From: a virus
Taxonomy: Duplodnaviria; Caudoviricetes
Reading direction: 5' to 3' (one strand)
DNA: 58,152 nucleotides
IMG/VR virus record: IMGVR_UViG_3300042988_001268
Span: 1-58,152 of that record
Shown here in pieces: positions 44,946 to 54,194 of this stretch; the first letter of the stretch is position 1, and the number at the start of each line of letters is the position of its first letter. A program made the translations under genes and the position numbers. The notes under the pieces were generated by a model that had not been told where the DNA came from, did no database searches, and saw only the letters and a program-made list of their open reading frames with translations.

Positions 44946-45264
44946 GATGCTGCTGATTTCCCATCGTATTGGTGTCGGCATGAACAGACGCGACAGAGAG
45001 ATGGCCGGTGGCGCCGTTGTGACGCTCACCGGCCTGCGACCCGCGGACTCCCACGGGGATCAGAACTCTCTCGGCAATTCTCTTGCCTTTGGCGGTCAGG
45101 CGGTAAGTGCGATCGGGGCGCTCCTCGACGACGCCAGCGACAACCATGCGCCGCAGCCAGAAGTCAGGGACATTCACCCGCAGCACGCCGCAGTCGCGCA
45201 GGGCGCGATACCAGCGCAGGATCGCCGCAACGTCCTTGTCGGTGAGGTCCGCTGCCTCGCGCAT
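44932..45264 (-). CDS. Hypothetical winged-helix-like protein
   Basis: TGATG coupling to cro; YRLTAKG. Confidence 0.55.
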   Translation of the reverse strand: MREAADLTDKDVAAILRWYRALRDCGVLRVNVPDFWLRRMVVAGVVEERPDRTYRLTAKGKRIAERVLIPVGVRGSQAGERHNGATGHLSVASVHADTNTMGNQQHHVAR

Positions 45265-45473
45265 CAGGCAGGCTCGCCCAGCGGGAAGATGACATCGCGC
45301 TCTGTGATCTCGATCCCCGCATCGCGCGCAGTCTTGAGGACGTGCGGCTGCTCACTGGACGGAATGCGTCCGGCGGTCTTCCAGCTTTGCACGGTCGACG
45401 GCGGCTTACCGAGGAGATCAGCCGCTCTACGAATGCCGCCGAGGCGGTCGAAAAGGGTGTGTTGGGTGTCCAT
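45264..45473 (-). CDS. cro: Cro-like repressor
   Basis: LGGIRRAADLLGKPPSTVQSWKTAGRIP; divergent from cI. Confidence 0.85.
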   Translation of the reverse strand: MDTQHTLFDRLGGIRRAADLLGKPPSTVQSWKTAGRIPSSEQPHVLKTARDAGIEITERDVIFPLGEPA

Positions 45474-45482
45474 GGGCCATGA

Positions 45483-45548
45483 TGTACGATAACATCGCAC
45501 ACTTGGCAACGAACAAATCGCACAGATTTTGTGCGAGTTATTCGCCAT
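45483..45548. promoter_or_regulatory. Three operators (OR-like) overlapping the cro promoter
   Basis: TGTACGA-N5-TCGCACA 45483, GCAACGA-N5-TCGCACA 45506, TGTGCGA-N5-TCGCCAT 45530; minus-strand TTGCCA-N17-TACATC. Confidence 0.85.
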
Positions 45549-45556
45549 CAAGGGGT

Positions 45557-46297
45557 ATGGGAGTTTTCAATGATCAACTCAGGGCCCTGCGCAAGCAGAG
45601 CAAGCTATCGTCACGCAGGATGGCGGATGCGCTCGGCATGGCGTGGTCAACCTATGCCGCATATGAGGATCCCAAGAAGTTCAAGAAACCGATCATCCCG
45701 ATCGATTTCGCCGAGCGGATTGCATCCGTTGTTGTCCCTCTGGGCGTTAACCGCTCCGAAGTAATGTTGCTCGCAGGTTTGACTGGCGAAAATTCATCAG
45801 TCAGTGCTGTCGGCACTCAGGAGGAATGGTTGACCGTTACGGGTGCAGTTGCAGCAGGTATTTGGCGTGCGCAAACAGAGTGGCCCGCCGCAGAGCAATA
45901 TGACGTCAGGTTCGGTGTGTCGGACTACTCATCAGAGAAGCGCTTCGCCGTCCGCATGGAGGGTCTGTCGATGAACCGGACAATCTTGCCGGGGTCCGAC
46001 CTGGAATGTCTATGGGTGAAGTTCTCCCCGATTGCGCCACAGCCCGGCGATCTCGTGATCGTCGAACGGCGCCAGCATGATCTTGTGGAACTGACCTGTA
46101 AGCGCCTAGCCATGGACGGCGACGAATATATCCTGGTGGCCGAGAGCACGGAGCCTGACTTCCAGGAGCCGATCCGCATCGGCAAGCCCGATCGCGACGA
46201 CCACACCGACAACGAAACTCGTGTCGTTGGCATCGTCTTGTCAGCCAAGCTGGACCTTGCTCCCAAGGGGCTTAGCCAGAGACGGTATCGAAGTTAG
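45557..46297 (+). CDS. cI: CI-like repressor (HTH plus S24 peptidase)
   Basis: HTH N-terminus; VAAG cleavage site, GLSMN, TCKRL. Confidence 0.92.
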   Translation: MGVFNDQLRALRKQSKLSSRRMADALGMAWSTYAAYEDPKKFKKPIIPIDFAERIASVVVPLGVNRSEVMLLAGLTGENSSVSAVGTQEEWLTVTGAVAAGIWRAQTEWPAAEQYDVRFGVSDYSSEKRFAVRMEGLSMNRTILPGSDLECLWVKFSPIAPQPGDLVIVERRQHDLVELTCKRLAMDGDEYILVAESTEPDFQEPIRIGKPDRDDHTDNETRVVGIVLSAKLDLAPKGLSQRRYRS

Positions 46298-46306
46298 GAC
46301 GCAATC

Positions 46307-46882
46307 ATGCTGCAGATGTTCGCCCCGCTCCTGCTCACCTCCTCGTTCATCACGGGAGCGGGGGATCTCGTGATGGGATCGATCGCCCATGGGCCCACGC
46401 GCGACGAGACCGTCTATATCGAGCGGGTGTGGCGGCAGGCGGACAAATGTGCGGACAAGACTTGTCGGGAAGATCTGGCACTAGCGGTTCGGGACGTTGT
46501 CAATCTTCGCCGGAAACTCTCGCTTTACTCCTATCGACAGGGACAATTCGACGAGCTTCGCGCGCCCTGTGAAGCGATGAATGACCGATTGCCGGAGCAA
46601 CGCGCGTGCTTCCAGGCTGCGATCGACAGCATATCCCCTCCAGTTCCTCCCCGGCCCCCTGTCACCTACAAGGGCGTGACCCGCGCCGGCTACTATGCAC
46701 TGCGAATCGGCATGTCACAGAAGGACGTTTTCACGCTGCTCGGCGAGGACGGCGATCAGGTTTCCTACGCGGCATCGGGTGGGTATTCGGCGGCGATGTA
46801 CAAGTGGCAGGCTGGCCGACGCCTGATCATCGTGACCTTTTCGGACGATGAAGTGAGCGGATATTCGAAGTCAGGGTTCTGA
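46307..46882 (+). CDS. Exported protein co-transcribed with cI
   Basis: Hydrophobic N-terminus; C-domain LRIGMSQKDVFTLLG...YKW (BLIP/SmpA-like). Confidence 0.65.
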   Translation: MLQMFAPLLLTSSFITGAGDLVMGSIAHGPTRDETVYIERVWRQADKCADKTCREDLALAVRDVVNLRRKLSLYSYRQGQFDELRAPCEAMNDRLPEQRACFQAAIDSISPPVPPRPPVTYKGVTRAGYYALRIGMSQKDVFTLLGEDGDQVSYAASGGYSAAMYKWQAGRRLIIVTFSDDEVSGYSKSGF

Positions 46883-46898
46883 CGAGAGACATCGCCGC

Positions 46899-46945
46899 TG
46901 TACGAAAATATCGCTTGCACTGTACGACGTAATCGCACATAGGTT
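46899..46945 (+). promoter_or_regulatory. Two operators (OL-like) over early promoter
   Basis: TGTACGA-N5-TCGCTTG 46899 and TGTACGA-N5-TCGCACA 46921; TTGCAC -35-like. Confidence 0.8.
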
Positions 46946-47000
46946 CCCGCATAGCCGGTGAGCCTTAACGCGCAGACCCGGCCCAATTCGGAGGCCGGAC

Positions 47001-47210
47001 ATGCGCTTCATTCTCGAAAACGGCCCTTCGCGCACCGAAGCCGAGGCCCCTGATCTGCCCTCGGCGCTCTACTGGGCGCAGCAGAACTGGGCGCCCGCCC
47101 TCATGCGGGGCTCGGCCAGCAAGACGCTCTCGCCCAACCTGACGATCAACGGCGTTCCGCTGATGGACGCGGTTGCGGCCTATGAGGCCGAGAAGGCGCG
47201 GGCCGCCTGA
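47001..47210 (+). CDS. Hypothetical protein
   Basis: GGAGG SD. Confidence 0.7.
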   Translation: MRFILENGPSRTEAEAPDLPSALYWAQQNWAPALMRGSASKTLSPNLTINGVPLMDAVAAYEAEKARAA

Positions 47211-47211
47211 T

Positions 47212-47475
47212 ATGGCCAGCGCGCACCTCATCACGAAACCCACCCGCGAGGAGCCCGGCGCTGTGCCTGGGCTGGCCGTAGCTACGGAGATTGTCCCCCG
47301 GACAAGGCCACGCGGTTTTCGGACTCCCCGCCGGGAGGAGTGGGAAATCCCGGCTATCATTCCCGAGGATCTGGCCGTGCTTGCCGCGATCGGCGCCGGT
47401 GCGATCCTCCTCAACCTCAGCGAGTGCATCGTGAAGGGCATCGTCGCGTGGCAGTTCGGACTGCTGCCGTCGTGA
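47212..47475 (+). CDS. Hypothetical membrane protein
   Basis: Operon context, C-terminal TM. Confidence 0.55.
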   Translation: MASAHLITKPTREEPGAVPGLAVATEIVPRTRPRGFRTPRREEWEIPAIIPEDLAVLAAIGAGAILLNLSECIVKGIVAWQFGLLPS

Positions 47476-47554
47476 GGCTGCGCCTGCCCCTCTGGCTGCG
47501 CCGGCGCCTCGACGCCTTCGTCGCAAACCTCAACCTCCAATGGAAAGAGTGGCC

Positions 47555-47917
47555 ATGATCGAACAGTTCACTGCGTTTCGCGCCAGCGACGGCACGACGC
47601 ACGACAGCGCCTATGCGGCGTGGAAGCGCGAGCTCCGGTGTTGGCTGCGCACCAATGGGGTCGACAACGACGCTATTGCCGATGCGATCGTCAAGAAGGT
47701 CGACGACGGACGGATGGAGACGCTCAACGGCCTCGAGGTCATCGTCGCTGGTCTGATTGAGCACGCGCCGGAGCCGCCGGCCAAGGCGGATCCGGAGACC
47801 ACTTCTAACTCGGCGGATTGGGCGCCTGAGACGCGGCACGCGCGGGACTGCGCCTACGTCACCACCGACGGCCCGGCGCCATGCACCTGTCACGCGGCCG
47901 AGGCGTTGATCGCATGA
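47555..47917 (+). CDS. Hypothetical protein
   Basis: ATGA coupling. Confidence 0.65.
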   Translation: MIEQFTAFRASDGTTHDSAYAAWKRELRCWLRTNGVDNDAIADAIVKKVDDGRMETLNGLEVIVAGLIEHAPEPPAKADPETTSNSADWAPETRHARDCAYVTTDGPAPCTCHAAEALIA

Positions 47918-48135
47918 GCATACCCTATGCCTTCCCGGTCTCATGGCCGGAGCCCAATGCGCCTGAGCCGGGCATGACCCTGCGCGACTGGTTCGCCGGG
48001 CAAGCGCTACCCGCCCTCATCACAGGGCGCGACTGGTCCGGTATTCCTGACGACCAGAGCAAGGTCGATGCGTGGGCAGCGGCTGCTTACATAGTGGCCG
48101 ACGCCATGCTCGCCGAACGGGAGCGCCGCTCGTGA
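47914..48135 (+). CDS. Conserved small phage protein
   Basis: GMTLRDWFAGQAL...AYIVADAMLAER motif. Confidence 0.8.
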   Translation: MSIPYAFPVSWPEPNAPEPGMTLRDWFAGQALPALITGRDWSGIPDDQSKVDAWAAAAYIVADAMLAERERRS

Positions 48136-48314
48136 GGCCGCGCCCCGTCCGTGAAGGCGACCGAGTCGATTGCGCCACTTGCTACGGCAACGGCTGTGCC
48201 TCCTGCTCTCACCGAGGCTGGTTCGAGAGCGACGAGGCCCGCGCCGATCGCGAGCAGGCCGAAGACGACTGGGCCGACGCCGAGCGTGAGCGCCGCATCC
48301 TCGATCGAGACTGA
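48132..48314 (+). CDS. Small CxxC zinc-binding protein
   Basis: CATCYGNGCASC; GTGA coupling. Confidence 0.6.
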   Translation: MRPRPVREGDRVDCATCYGNGCASCSHRGWFESDEARADREQAEDDWADAERERRILDRD

Positions 48315-48350
48315 CCCCTTTCCACCATCCTGTGCCCAGGAGCCTCTGAC

Positions 48351-49601
48351 ATGCCCGAAGTAGAAGCCGAAGTTCTCCCGCCCGAGACCACCGACATCAT
48401 CACTGTCGTATTCGACGAGCCGCAGATCGTTCTGGTCGACAAGGTCAAGGGTGATGCCTTCCTTGCCGCGGTGCGCGCCGAGACCGAGAAGCTGGTCCCC
48501 GACACCACGACGGACAAGGGTCGCACCGAAATCCGGTCTATGGCCGCGAAGGTGACCCGGTCCAAGACGCTGGTCGAAAAGGCCCGGCTCTCGCTGACCG
48601 CCGGCCTTCGCCAGCAGGTCTCCGACATCAACGAGGCCGGCAAGCGGATCACCGGGAGCCTCGACGCGCTCGCCGACGAGGTGCGCAAGCCGCTCACCGA
48701 CTGGGAAGACCTCGAGAAGCTGCGCGAGGCGCGGGTCGCCGAGACGATCGCCTGGCTGAAGCAGGCTGCTGTCGTCACGATCACCGACACCGCCGAGGTG
48801 GTGCGCGAGCGCGGCGCGGCCGTGTTCAACCGCGAGATCACCAAGGACGAGTTCGGCAAGCGCTACTTCGAAGCGCGCGAACTGCAGGATCTCGCCGTCG
48901 CCACGCTCAAGGCCGCGATGGAGCGGTTGGAGCAGGAGAAGGCGGATCGCGCCGAACTGGCTCGGCTGCGCAAGGCCGACGAGGAGCGGGCGGCCCAAGA
49001 GGCTGAGGCGCGTGCCGCCGTACAGCGCGAGGAGCAGCGCAAGCAATACGCCCGGAACATGATCCAGCACATTCGCAACTGCGGCATGGGCATGATCGAC
49101 GGGAAGACCTATCCCTATGTGATCCTCATCCGCGAGCTTGAGGAGAAGGTCGTTATTGACGACGAGTTCGGCGATCTCCGCGAGGAGGCCGAGCAGGTCC
49201 TCGCTGAGAACCTGCAGAAGCTCCGCGAGGCTTTCGAGAGCAGCCAGGCCGAGGCCGTAGAGCGGGCCGCGCGCGAGGCGGCCGACAATGCCGCCCGCGA
49301 GGCCGACGAGGCCGCCCAGCGCGAGATCGACGCCGCCAACGCCCGCGCCGCCGAGGCGGAACGCGCCGCCCAGGCCGAACGCGAGGAGCGGGAAGCCGAG
49401 GATCGGGCCCGCACCGCAGCCGCCCAGCGCGAGGCCGACGAGAAGGCCAAGCGCGAACGCAACCGCGCCCACCGGGCGCAGGTCATGGGCGAGATCAAGC
49501 TCGCGATCATGGCCGCCGGGAAGATCACCGATGAGCAGGCCATCGCCGTCGTCAAGGCGATGGTGGGCGGATCGATCGCGCGCGTCCGAGTGGAGTTCTG
49601 A
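48351..49601 (+). CDS. Coiled-coil protein of recombination module
   Basis: KGRTEIRSMAAKVTRSKT; E/A/R-rich. Confidence 0.75.
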   Translation: MPEVEAEVLPPETTDIITVVFDEPQIVLVDKVKGDAFLAAVRAETEKLVPDTTTDKGRTEIRSMAAKVTRSKTLVEKARLSLTAGLRQQVSDINEAGKRITGSLDALADEVRKPLTDWEDLEKLREARVAETIAWLKQAAVVTITDTAEVVRERGAAVFNREITKDEFGKRYFEARELQDLAVATLKAAMERLEQEKADRAELARLRKADEERAAQEAEARAAVQREEQRKQYARNMIQHIRNCGMGMIDGKTYPYVILIRELEEKVVIDDEFGDLREEAEQVLAENLQKLREAFESSQAEAVERAAREAADNAAREADEAAQREIDAANARAAEAERAAQAEREEREAEDRARTAAAQREADEKAKRERNRAHRAQVMGEIKLAIMAAGKITDEQAIAVVKAMVGGSIARVRVEF

Positions 49602-49603
49602 GC

Positions 49604-50197
49604 ATGAACATTCTCTTTTTCGACACCGAAACCACCGGACTTCCCGAGTGGCGCTTGCCCTCCGATGATCCCTGCCAGCCGCACCTGATCCAGATCGCCG
49701 CGATCCTGACCGACATCCACGGCAACGAACTCGAGGAGTGGTCCACCATCGTCCAGCCGGAGCCCGGCGCGACGATGGCGCCCGAAGCCTTCAATGCTCA
49801 CGGCATCTCGCTTGAGCGGGCGCGCGAGGAGGGCGTTCCCCTCTCCGCCGCATGGGCGCGATTCACCACGCTCCTGCGCAAGGCCGAGGGCGTAGCCGGG
49901 CACAACGTCAGCTTCGACGTGCGGATCATGCGGATCGCCGGCGCCCGGGTGACCGGCCAGAAGTGGGACTGCGACATCCCGCAGCGCTGCACGATGCGCA
50001 TGGCGACCTCGATCGTGAACCTGCCGCCCACGCCCAAGATGATCGCGGCCGGCTTCAACAAGCCCAAGGCCCCGAACCTGACCGAGTGCGTCCGGCACTT
50101 CTTCAACGAGGATCTGGGCGGCGCGCACGACGCGCTGGTCGACGTTCGCGCGTCGAAGCGCGTCTATTTCGCGATCCGGGAAAGGCTCGCCGCGTGA
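49604..50197 (+). CDS. DEDDh 3'-5' exonuclease
   Basis: DTETTGL, GHNVSFD, AHDALVDV. Confidence 0.92.
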   Translation: MNILFFDTETTGLPEWRLPSDDPCQPHLIQIAAILTDIHGNELEEWSTIVQPEPGATMAPEAFNAHGISLERAREEGVPLSAAWARFTTLLRKAEGVAGHNVSFDVRIMRIAGARVTGQKWDCDIPQRCTMRMATSIVNLPPTPKMIAAGFNKPKAPNLTECVRHFFNEDLGGAHDALVDVRASKRVYFAIRERLAA

Positions 50198-51219
50198 GCC
50201 GGGGCGAGAACCCGTTCGCCGCGCGATCGGACCGCGCGTACCGGCCCGCGCCATCGGCCGAGGCCGCACCGGAGCCGGCAGCCGCCGCCAACGACGAAGA
50301 TGAGTTCGTAAAGATCACCGAGCCTGGTGCCTACCCCGGCATCGACGGTGAACTCTACCACCGCATTGAGATCTGCGATGCGCCGTCCATTTCGTCGACG
50401 GGCTTGAAGACCATCGAGGGCAAGAGCGCCTTCCACTACTGGTACGAGAGCCCGCTCAATCCGAACCGGCCGCCGCAGGAGCAGAAGGCCCACTTCAACG
50501 TCGGCAAGGGGGTCCACGATCTCCTGCTGCTGCAGGGGCTGTTCCCGAAGAACTATTTCATCCTGCCCGAGGGTTTCGACGCCCGGTTGAAGAAGTGGGC
50601 CGACGTCAACGACGAGCGCGACGCGGCGGCAGAGAGCGGCATCCCGATCCTGACCCATCCCCAGCATCAGATGGTGCTGGCGATGGCCGAGCAGGTCGAG
50701 AAGAACGAGCTCGCCAAGGCGCTGATCACCTCCGGCATCCCGGAAATGACGCTTGTCGCCAAGGATCCTGAGACCGGCGTGTGGCTTCGCACGAAGCCGG
50801 ACATCACGCCCGATACGATCGACATCGTGCCGGACATCAAGACCGCGATCTCAGCGCATCCGGCGGCATTCGAGAAGCAGGCGACGGCGGTCGGCTATTT
50901 CCAGTCCGCCGCCCATTATCTCGACGTGATCGACCTTGTGTACGGCACGCCCGCGAGCAAGCGGCGCTTCGTGCTGATCGTGGTCGAGAAGGAGCCGCCG
51001 CACCTCGTCCAGATCTACCAGTTGGATGACGAGTCCATCCAGATGGGCCGGATGCTCAACCGGCGTGCGCTGAACACATTCGCGCGCTGCCTCGAGACCG
51101 GCGTCTGGCCGGGCTACTCCACCGCCGAGCAGCCGATCCTGCAGTTGCAGGCGACCCGCTGGTTCCAATCCGAAATCACCCGCCGCGTCGATGCCGGCGA
51201 ACTCTCATGGGAGAACTGA
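50194..51219 (+). CDS. RecE/exonuclease VIII-like PD-(D/E)XK nuclease
   Basis: ISSTGLK, KPD..DIKT, YFQSAAHY, FVLIVVEK. Confidence 0.85.
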   Translation: MSRGENPFAARSDRAYRPAPSAEAAPEPAAAANDEDEFVKITEPGAYPGIDGELYHRIEICDAPSISSTGLKTIEGKSAFHYWYESPLNPNRPPQEQKAHFNVGKGVHDLLLLQGLFPKNYFILPEGFDARLKKWADVNDERDAAAESGIPILTHPQHQMVLAMAEQVEKNELAKALITSGIPEMTLVAKDPETGVWLRTKPDITPDTIDIVPDIKTAISAHPAAFEKQATAVGYFQSAAHYLDVIDLVYGTPASKRRFVLIVVEKEPPHLVQIYQLDDESIQMGRMLNRRALNTFARCLETGVWPGYSTAEQPILQLQATRWFQSEITRRVDAGELSWEN

Positions 51220-51220
51220 G

Positions 51221-52348
51221 TTGAACGCCGTCACCCCCCAGCAAATCCACCAGCAGAATGCCCGCGTCCCGGCCGCCAGCCAGGCGACGCACATCGAGCA
51301 GGCTCGCGCCATTGCCGAAGTGCAGGCCATGTTCCTCATGGCCAAGCAGGCGCCGCGGAACGAAGGCGAGGCCATCGCCCGCGCGCTGGAAGCCTGCGGC
51401 CAGTACCAACTTGCCGAACGCGCCTTCTACAGCTTCCCGCGGGGCGGGGAGAGCGTGAACGGCCCGTCGATCGGCCTCGCTACCGAACTCGCCCGGTGCT
51501 GGGGGAACATCGACTACGGGATCATGGAACTGACCCGCAACGATGACGCCGGTCATACCGAGATGCTGGCGTTCGCCCGCGACCTTGAGACCAACACCCG
51601 GTCGCACCAAACCTTCATCGTTCCCCATGCCCGCGACACACGCTCCGGCCGCAAGGCCCTTACCGACATGCGCGACATCTACGAGAACAACGCCAACAAC
51701 GGCGCCCGCCGGTTGCGCGAGTGCATCTTCCGCGTCCTGCCGATCTACCTGCGCGCAGCCGCCGAGGACCGCTGCCGGGAGGTGCTGCAGAAGGGCAAGG
51801 GCGACCTGCCTATCGCCCAGCGCACCGCGCAGGCCATCTCTGCATTCAAGGAGATCGGCATCACGCTCGATCGGCTTGAGGCGAAGCAGGGCAATAGCGG
51901 GAACTGGACCGGCGTCGAACTGGCGAACCTCGAGATCGCCTACCGCTCGATCAAGCGCGGTGAGACCACGTCCGACGAAGCCTTCCCGAGGGTGAAGGAA
52001 ACGGCCGAGGACGTCACTGCCGAGGTTCGCGCGCTTGCCGCGGGGAAGGCCGCCCAGACCACTGCCGAAGCCATCGGCGACGACCTCCCCGAGACCCTCA
52101 AGGGCAATCCCTTCGCCAGGGCCGAGGAGGATGAGCAATCAACCGAGCAGACCGACGAGGAACCCATCTGGGTCAAGCACTACGACGCCCTGCGCCAGCG
52201 CATCGCCAAGGCCAGCACCATCGTCGACGTGAACAACCTCGAGACCGAGGTGACTAACATGGCCCAGGCGATCCCCGAGGATGCCGGCGCCACTCTCAGG
52301 AACGACATCGACGCCGCACGTGAGCGGCTGAGCAAGAAGGCGAAGTGA
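51221..52348 (+). CDS. Putative single-strand annealing protein
   Basis: Follows RecE; YSFPRGG..GPSI..ATELARCWGNI. Confidence 0.6.
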   Translation: MNAVTPQQIHQQNARVPAASQATHIEQARAIAEVQAMFLMAKQAPRNEGEAIARALEACGQYQLAERAFYSFPRGGESVNGPSIGLATELARCWGNIDYGIMELTRNDDAGHTEMLAFARDLETNTRSHQTFIVPHARDTRSGRKALTDMRDIYENNANNGARRLRECIFRVLPIYLRAAAEDRCREVLQKGKGDLPIAQRTAQAISAFKEIGITLDRLEAKQGNSGNWTGVELANLEIAYRSIKRGETTSDEAFPRVKETAEDVTAEVRALAAGKAAQTTAEAIGDDLPETLKGNPFARAEEDEQSTEQTDEEPIWVKHYDALRQRIAKASTIVDVNNLETEVTNMAQAIPEDAGATLRNDIDAARERLSKKAK

Positions 52349-52351
52349 ACC

Positions 52352-52744
52352 ATGCAGAATGAACAGCTTATCGGCCTGACGTCGGACATCGTATCGGCCT
52401 TCGTCCAGAACAATGCCATTGCGGCCAACGATGTGCCGGCCATGATCGGCAGCATCCACGCCGCGCTGAAGGATCTTGGCACTGAGGTCATCAAGATTGC
52501 ACCCGGCCCAGAACCGGCCGTCTCGGCGCGCAAGTCCGTCACCCCGGACCACGTCATCTGCATGGTCTGCGGGGAGAAGCAGAAGATGCTGAAGCGGCAC
52601 CTGATGACGGCGCACGATCTCACCCCGGAAGCCTACCGCGCGAAGTTCGGCCTTCCGGCAGATCATCCGCTGGTAGCCCCGAACTATGCCGAGAAGCGGG
52701 CGGCTATCGCCAAGGCAACCGGGCTTGGTCGGAAGCGGGGCTGA
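52352..52744 (+). CDS. mucR: MucR/Ros transcriptional regulator
   Basis: LTSDIVSAFV; CMVCG...LKRHL..H; PLVAPNY. Confidence 0.93.
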   Translation: MQNEQLIGLTSDIVSAFVQNNAIAANDVPAMIGSIHAALKDLGTEVIKIAPGPEPAVSARKSVTPDHVICMVCGEKQKMLKRHLMTAHDLTPEAYRAKFGLPADHPLVAPNYAEKRAAIAKATGLGRKRG

Positions 52745-52747
52745 GCA

Positions 52748-52948
52748 ATGATTGGTGCCCCAGTCCCCTGCCTCACATACGACGAGGCCGAACTGGTCGG
52801 GCTGGCCGTTCGCCGCCGATGGAAGGCGCTCACCGGCAAGAAGAAAACCCCGTTCCTGCGGGACGAGCAGTGGGCAGACGTGATCCAGACTGTGCTGCGG
52901 CATGCCGCCCAGGTGGTCTCTGAGAGGGGCGTCAATGATGAAGCCTGA
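52748..52948 (+). CDS. Hypothetical protein
   Basis: Operon context. Confidence 0.6.
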   Translation: MIGAPVPCLTYDEAELVGLAVRRRWKALTGKKKTPFLRDEQWADVIQTVLRHAAQVVSERGVNDEA

Positions 52949-53183
52949 CACCCTCTCCCGCACCATCGAACTGATCAGCGGTCGGATGCGTGGCGACCCC
53001 ATCGCCCTCTGCGCTGATTCCGAACTCGAGGCCGTGCTCTGCCCGGTCGACCGAGTGGGCGCGCTCCCATTCTGGCTCGAGGAGATGACCGGATCCATCC
53101 CCACCGATGCCGAGCTGATGAACTGGCGCACGGTGGGCGACGTCGCGCGCTGGGTCGAACTGGTTGATCGGAGGGCAGCGTAA
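52935..53183 (+). CDS. Acyl-carrier-protein-like protein lacking canonical DSL serine
   Basis: LEEMTGSIPTDAELMNWRTVGDV matches ACP helix II-IV pattern. Confidence 0.6.
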   Translation: MMKPDTLSRTIELISGRMRGDPIALCADSELEAVLCPVDRVGALPFWLEEMTGSIPTDAELMNWRTVGDVARWVELVDRRAA

Positions 53184-53785
53184 TGGGGCGCGCGGAGGAT
53201 CTTGTGAGATGGGCATCTGCCACACGAACCTGTGAGCAATGCGGTCGTGTGTTCGGTCGTAAGGACAAGCCAGGCATCATCTACAGCAACTTCATGGCAC
53301 TGCGATTTTGCAGTCCTGGATGCAGCGCCGACTCGTTGCGGGTCGATCCGGTGATCTCATTCTGGCAGAAGGTCCAGAAGGGGCTGGGATGCTGGATTTG
53401 GACGGGTGGCATGAGCCCGAAGGGCTATGGGGTCCATTGGGTCGGACGTGGCCATAAGCGGGCGCATCGCTACTCCTTCGAATTGCACACAGGGATAGAC
53501 CCTGGCGGTCTTGTGGTGATGCACACCTGCGACAACCGCGCGTGCGTTAATCCGAACCACTTGGAACTCGGAACGCAGACCGAAAACATAGCCGATATGG
53601 ACCGCAAAGGACGCCGCGGATCGGCCAAGGGAATGGCTCACCCCGCTGCCGCCCTCAACGAAGACCAGGTTCGGGCCATTCGCGCGGACACCAGAAACCA
53701 ACGCGACATCGCTGCCGATTATTCGATCAGCAAGGCTTGCGTGGGCGCCATCAAGGCTGGGAGGACGTGGAAGCATGTTCGTTGA
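53183..53785 (+). CDS. HNH endonuclease
   Basis: CWIWTG, AHRYS, MHTCDNRACVNPNHL; N-terminal CxxC/CxxxC. Confidence 0.92.
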   Translation: MGRAEDLVRWASATRTCEQCGRVFGRKDKPGIIYSNFMALRFCSPGCSADSLRVDPVISFWQKVQKGLGCWIWTGGMSPKGYGVHWVGRGHKRAHRYSFELHTGIDPGGLVVMHTCDNRACVNPNHLELGTQTENIADMDRKGRRGSAKGMAHPAAALNEDQVRAIRADTRNQRDIAADYSISKACVGAIKAGRTWKHVR

Positions 53786-54194
53786 TACACGGTCTCGACG
53801 GAAGAACTCGGCGCGGCCGGCGAGCAAGAGCGCGCCCTCATACTTGGCCTGGCTCCGCGGCCGTCCCTGCTACCTCGCGAACCACCGCGCCGGCGGCTGC
53901 GGCGAGGGCGATCCCCCGCGCAACTCCCCGGTGGAGGCCGCTCACGTCGACCACGGCGGCGACAAGGGCATGAGTACGCGCGCCAGTGACCGTTACGCTC
54001 TGCCCTTGTGCCAGCGCCACCATGACGAGCAGCACGGCAAGATCGGATCTTTCCGCCAGCGCGGCGGGTGGAAGTCGTTCGAACTCAAGTACGGGTTCAG
54101 CGCGACCACCGTGGCTGCTTCGTACTGGGCCAAGTGGCTGGGGACGACGATGGGCAGGAACTGGGCGGCGCGGAATGGAGGGGGTGAGGCATGA
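53775..54194 (+). CDS. DUF968/HNHc-like protein
   Basis: YLAWLRGRPC, EAAHV, LPLCQRHHDEQH. Confidence 0.75.
   Translation: MFVDTRSRRKNSARPASKSAPSYLAWLRGRPCYLANHRAGGCGEGDPPRNSPVEAAHVDHGGDKGMSTRASDRYALPLCQRHHDEQHGKIGSFRQRGGWKSFELKYGFSATTVAASYWAKWLGTTMGRNWAARNGGGEA

Noticed and set aside
46879-46898. Sixth CI operator
   Set aside because: CGA-N6-TCG spacing and poor outer bases do not fit the N5 consensus
53183-53785. HNH as part of a group I intron or intein
   Set aside because: Free-standing and coupled to both neighbours; no interrupted host gene seen
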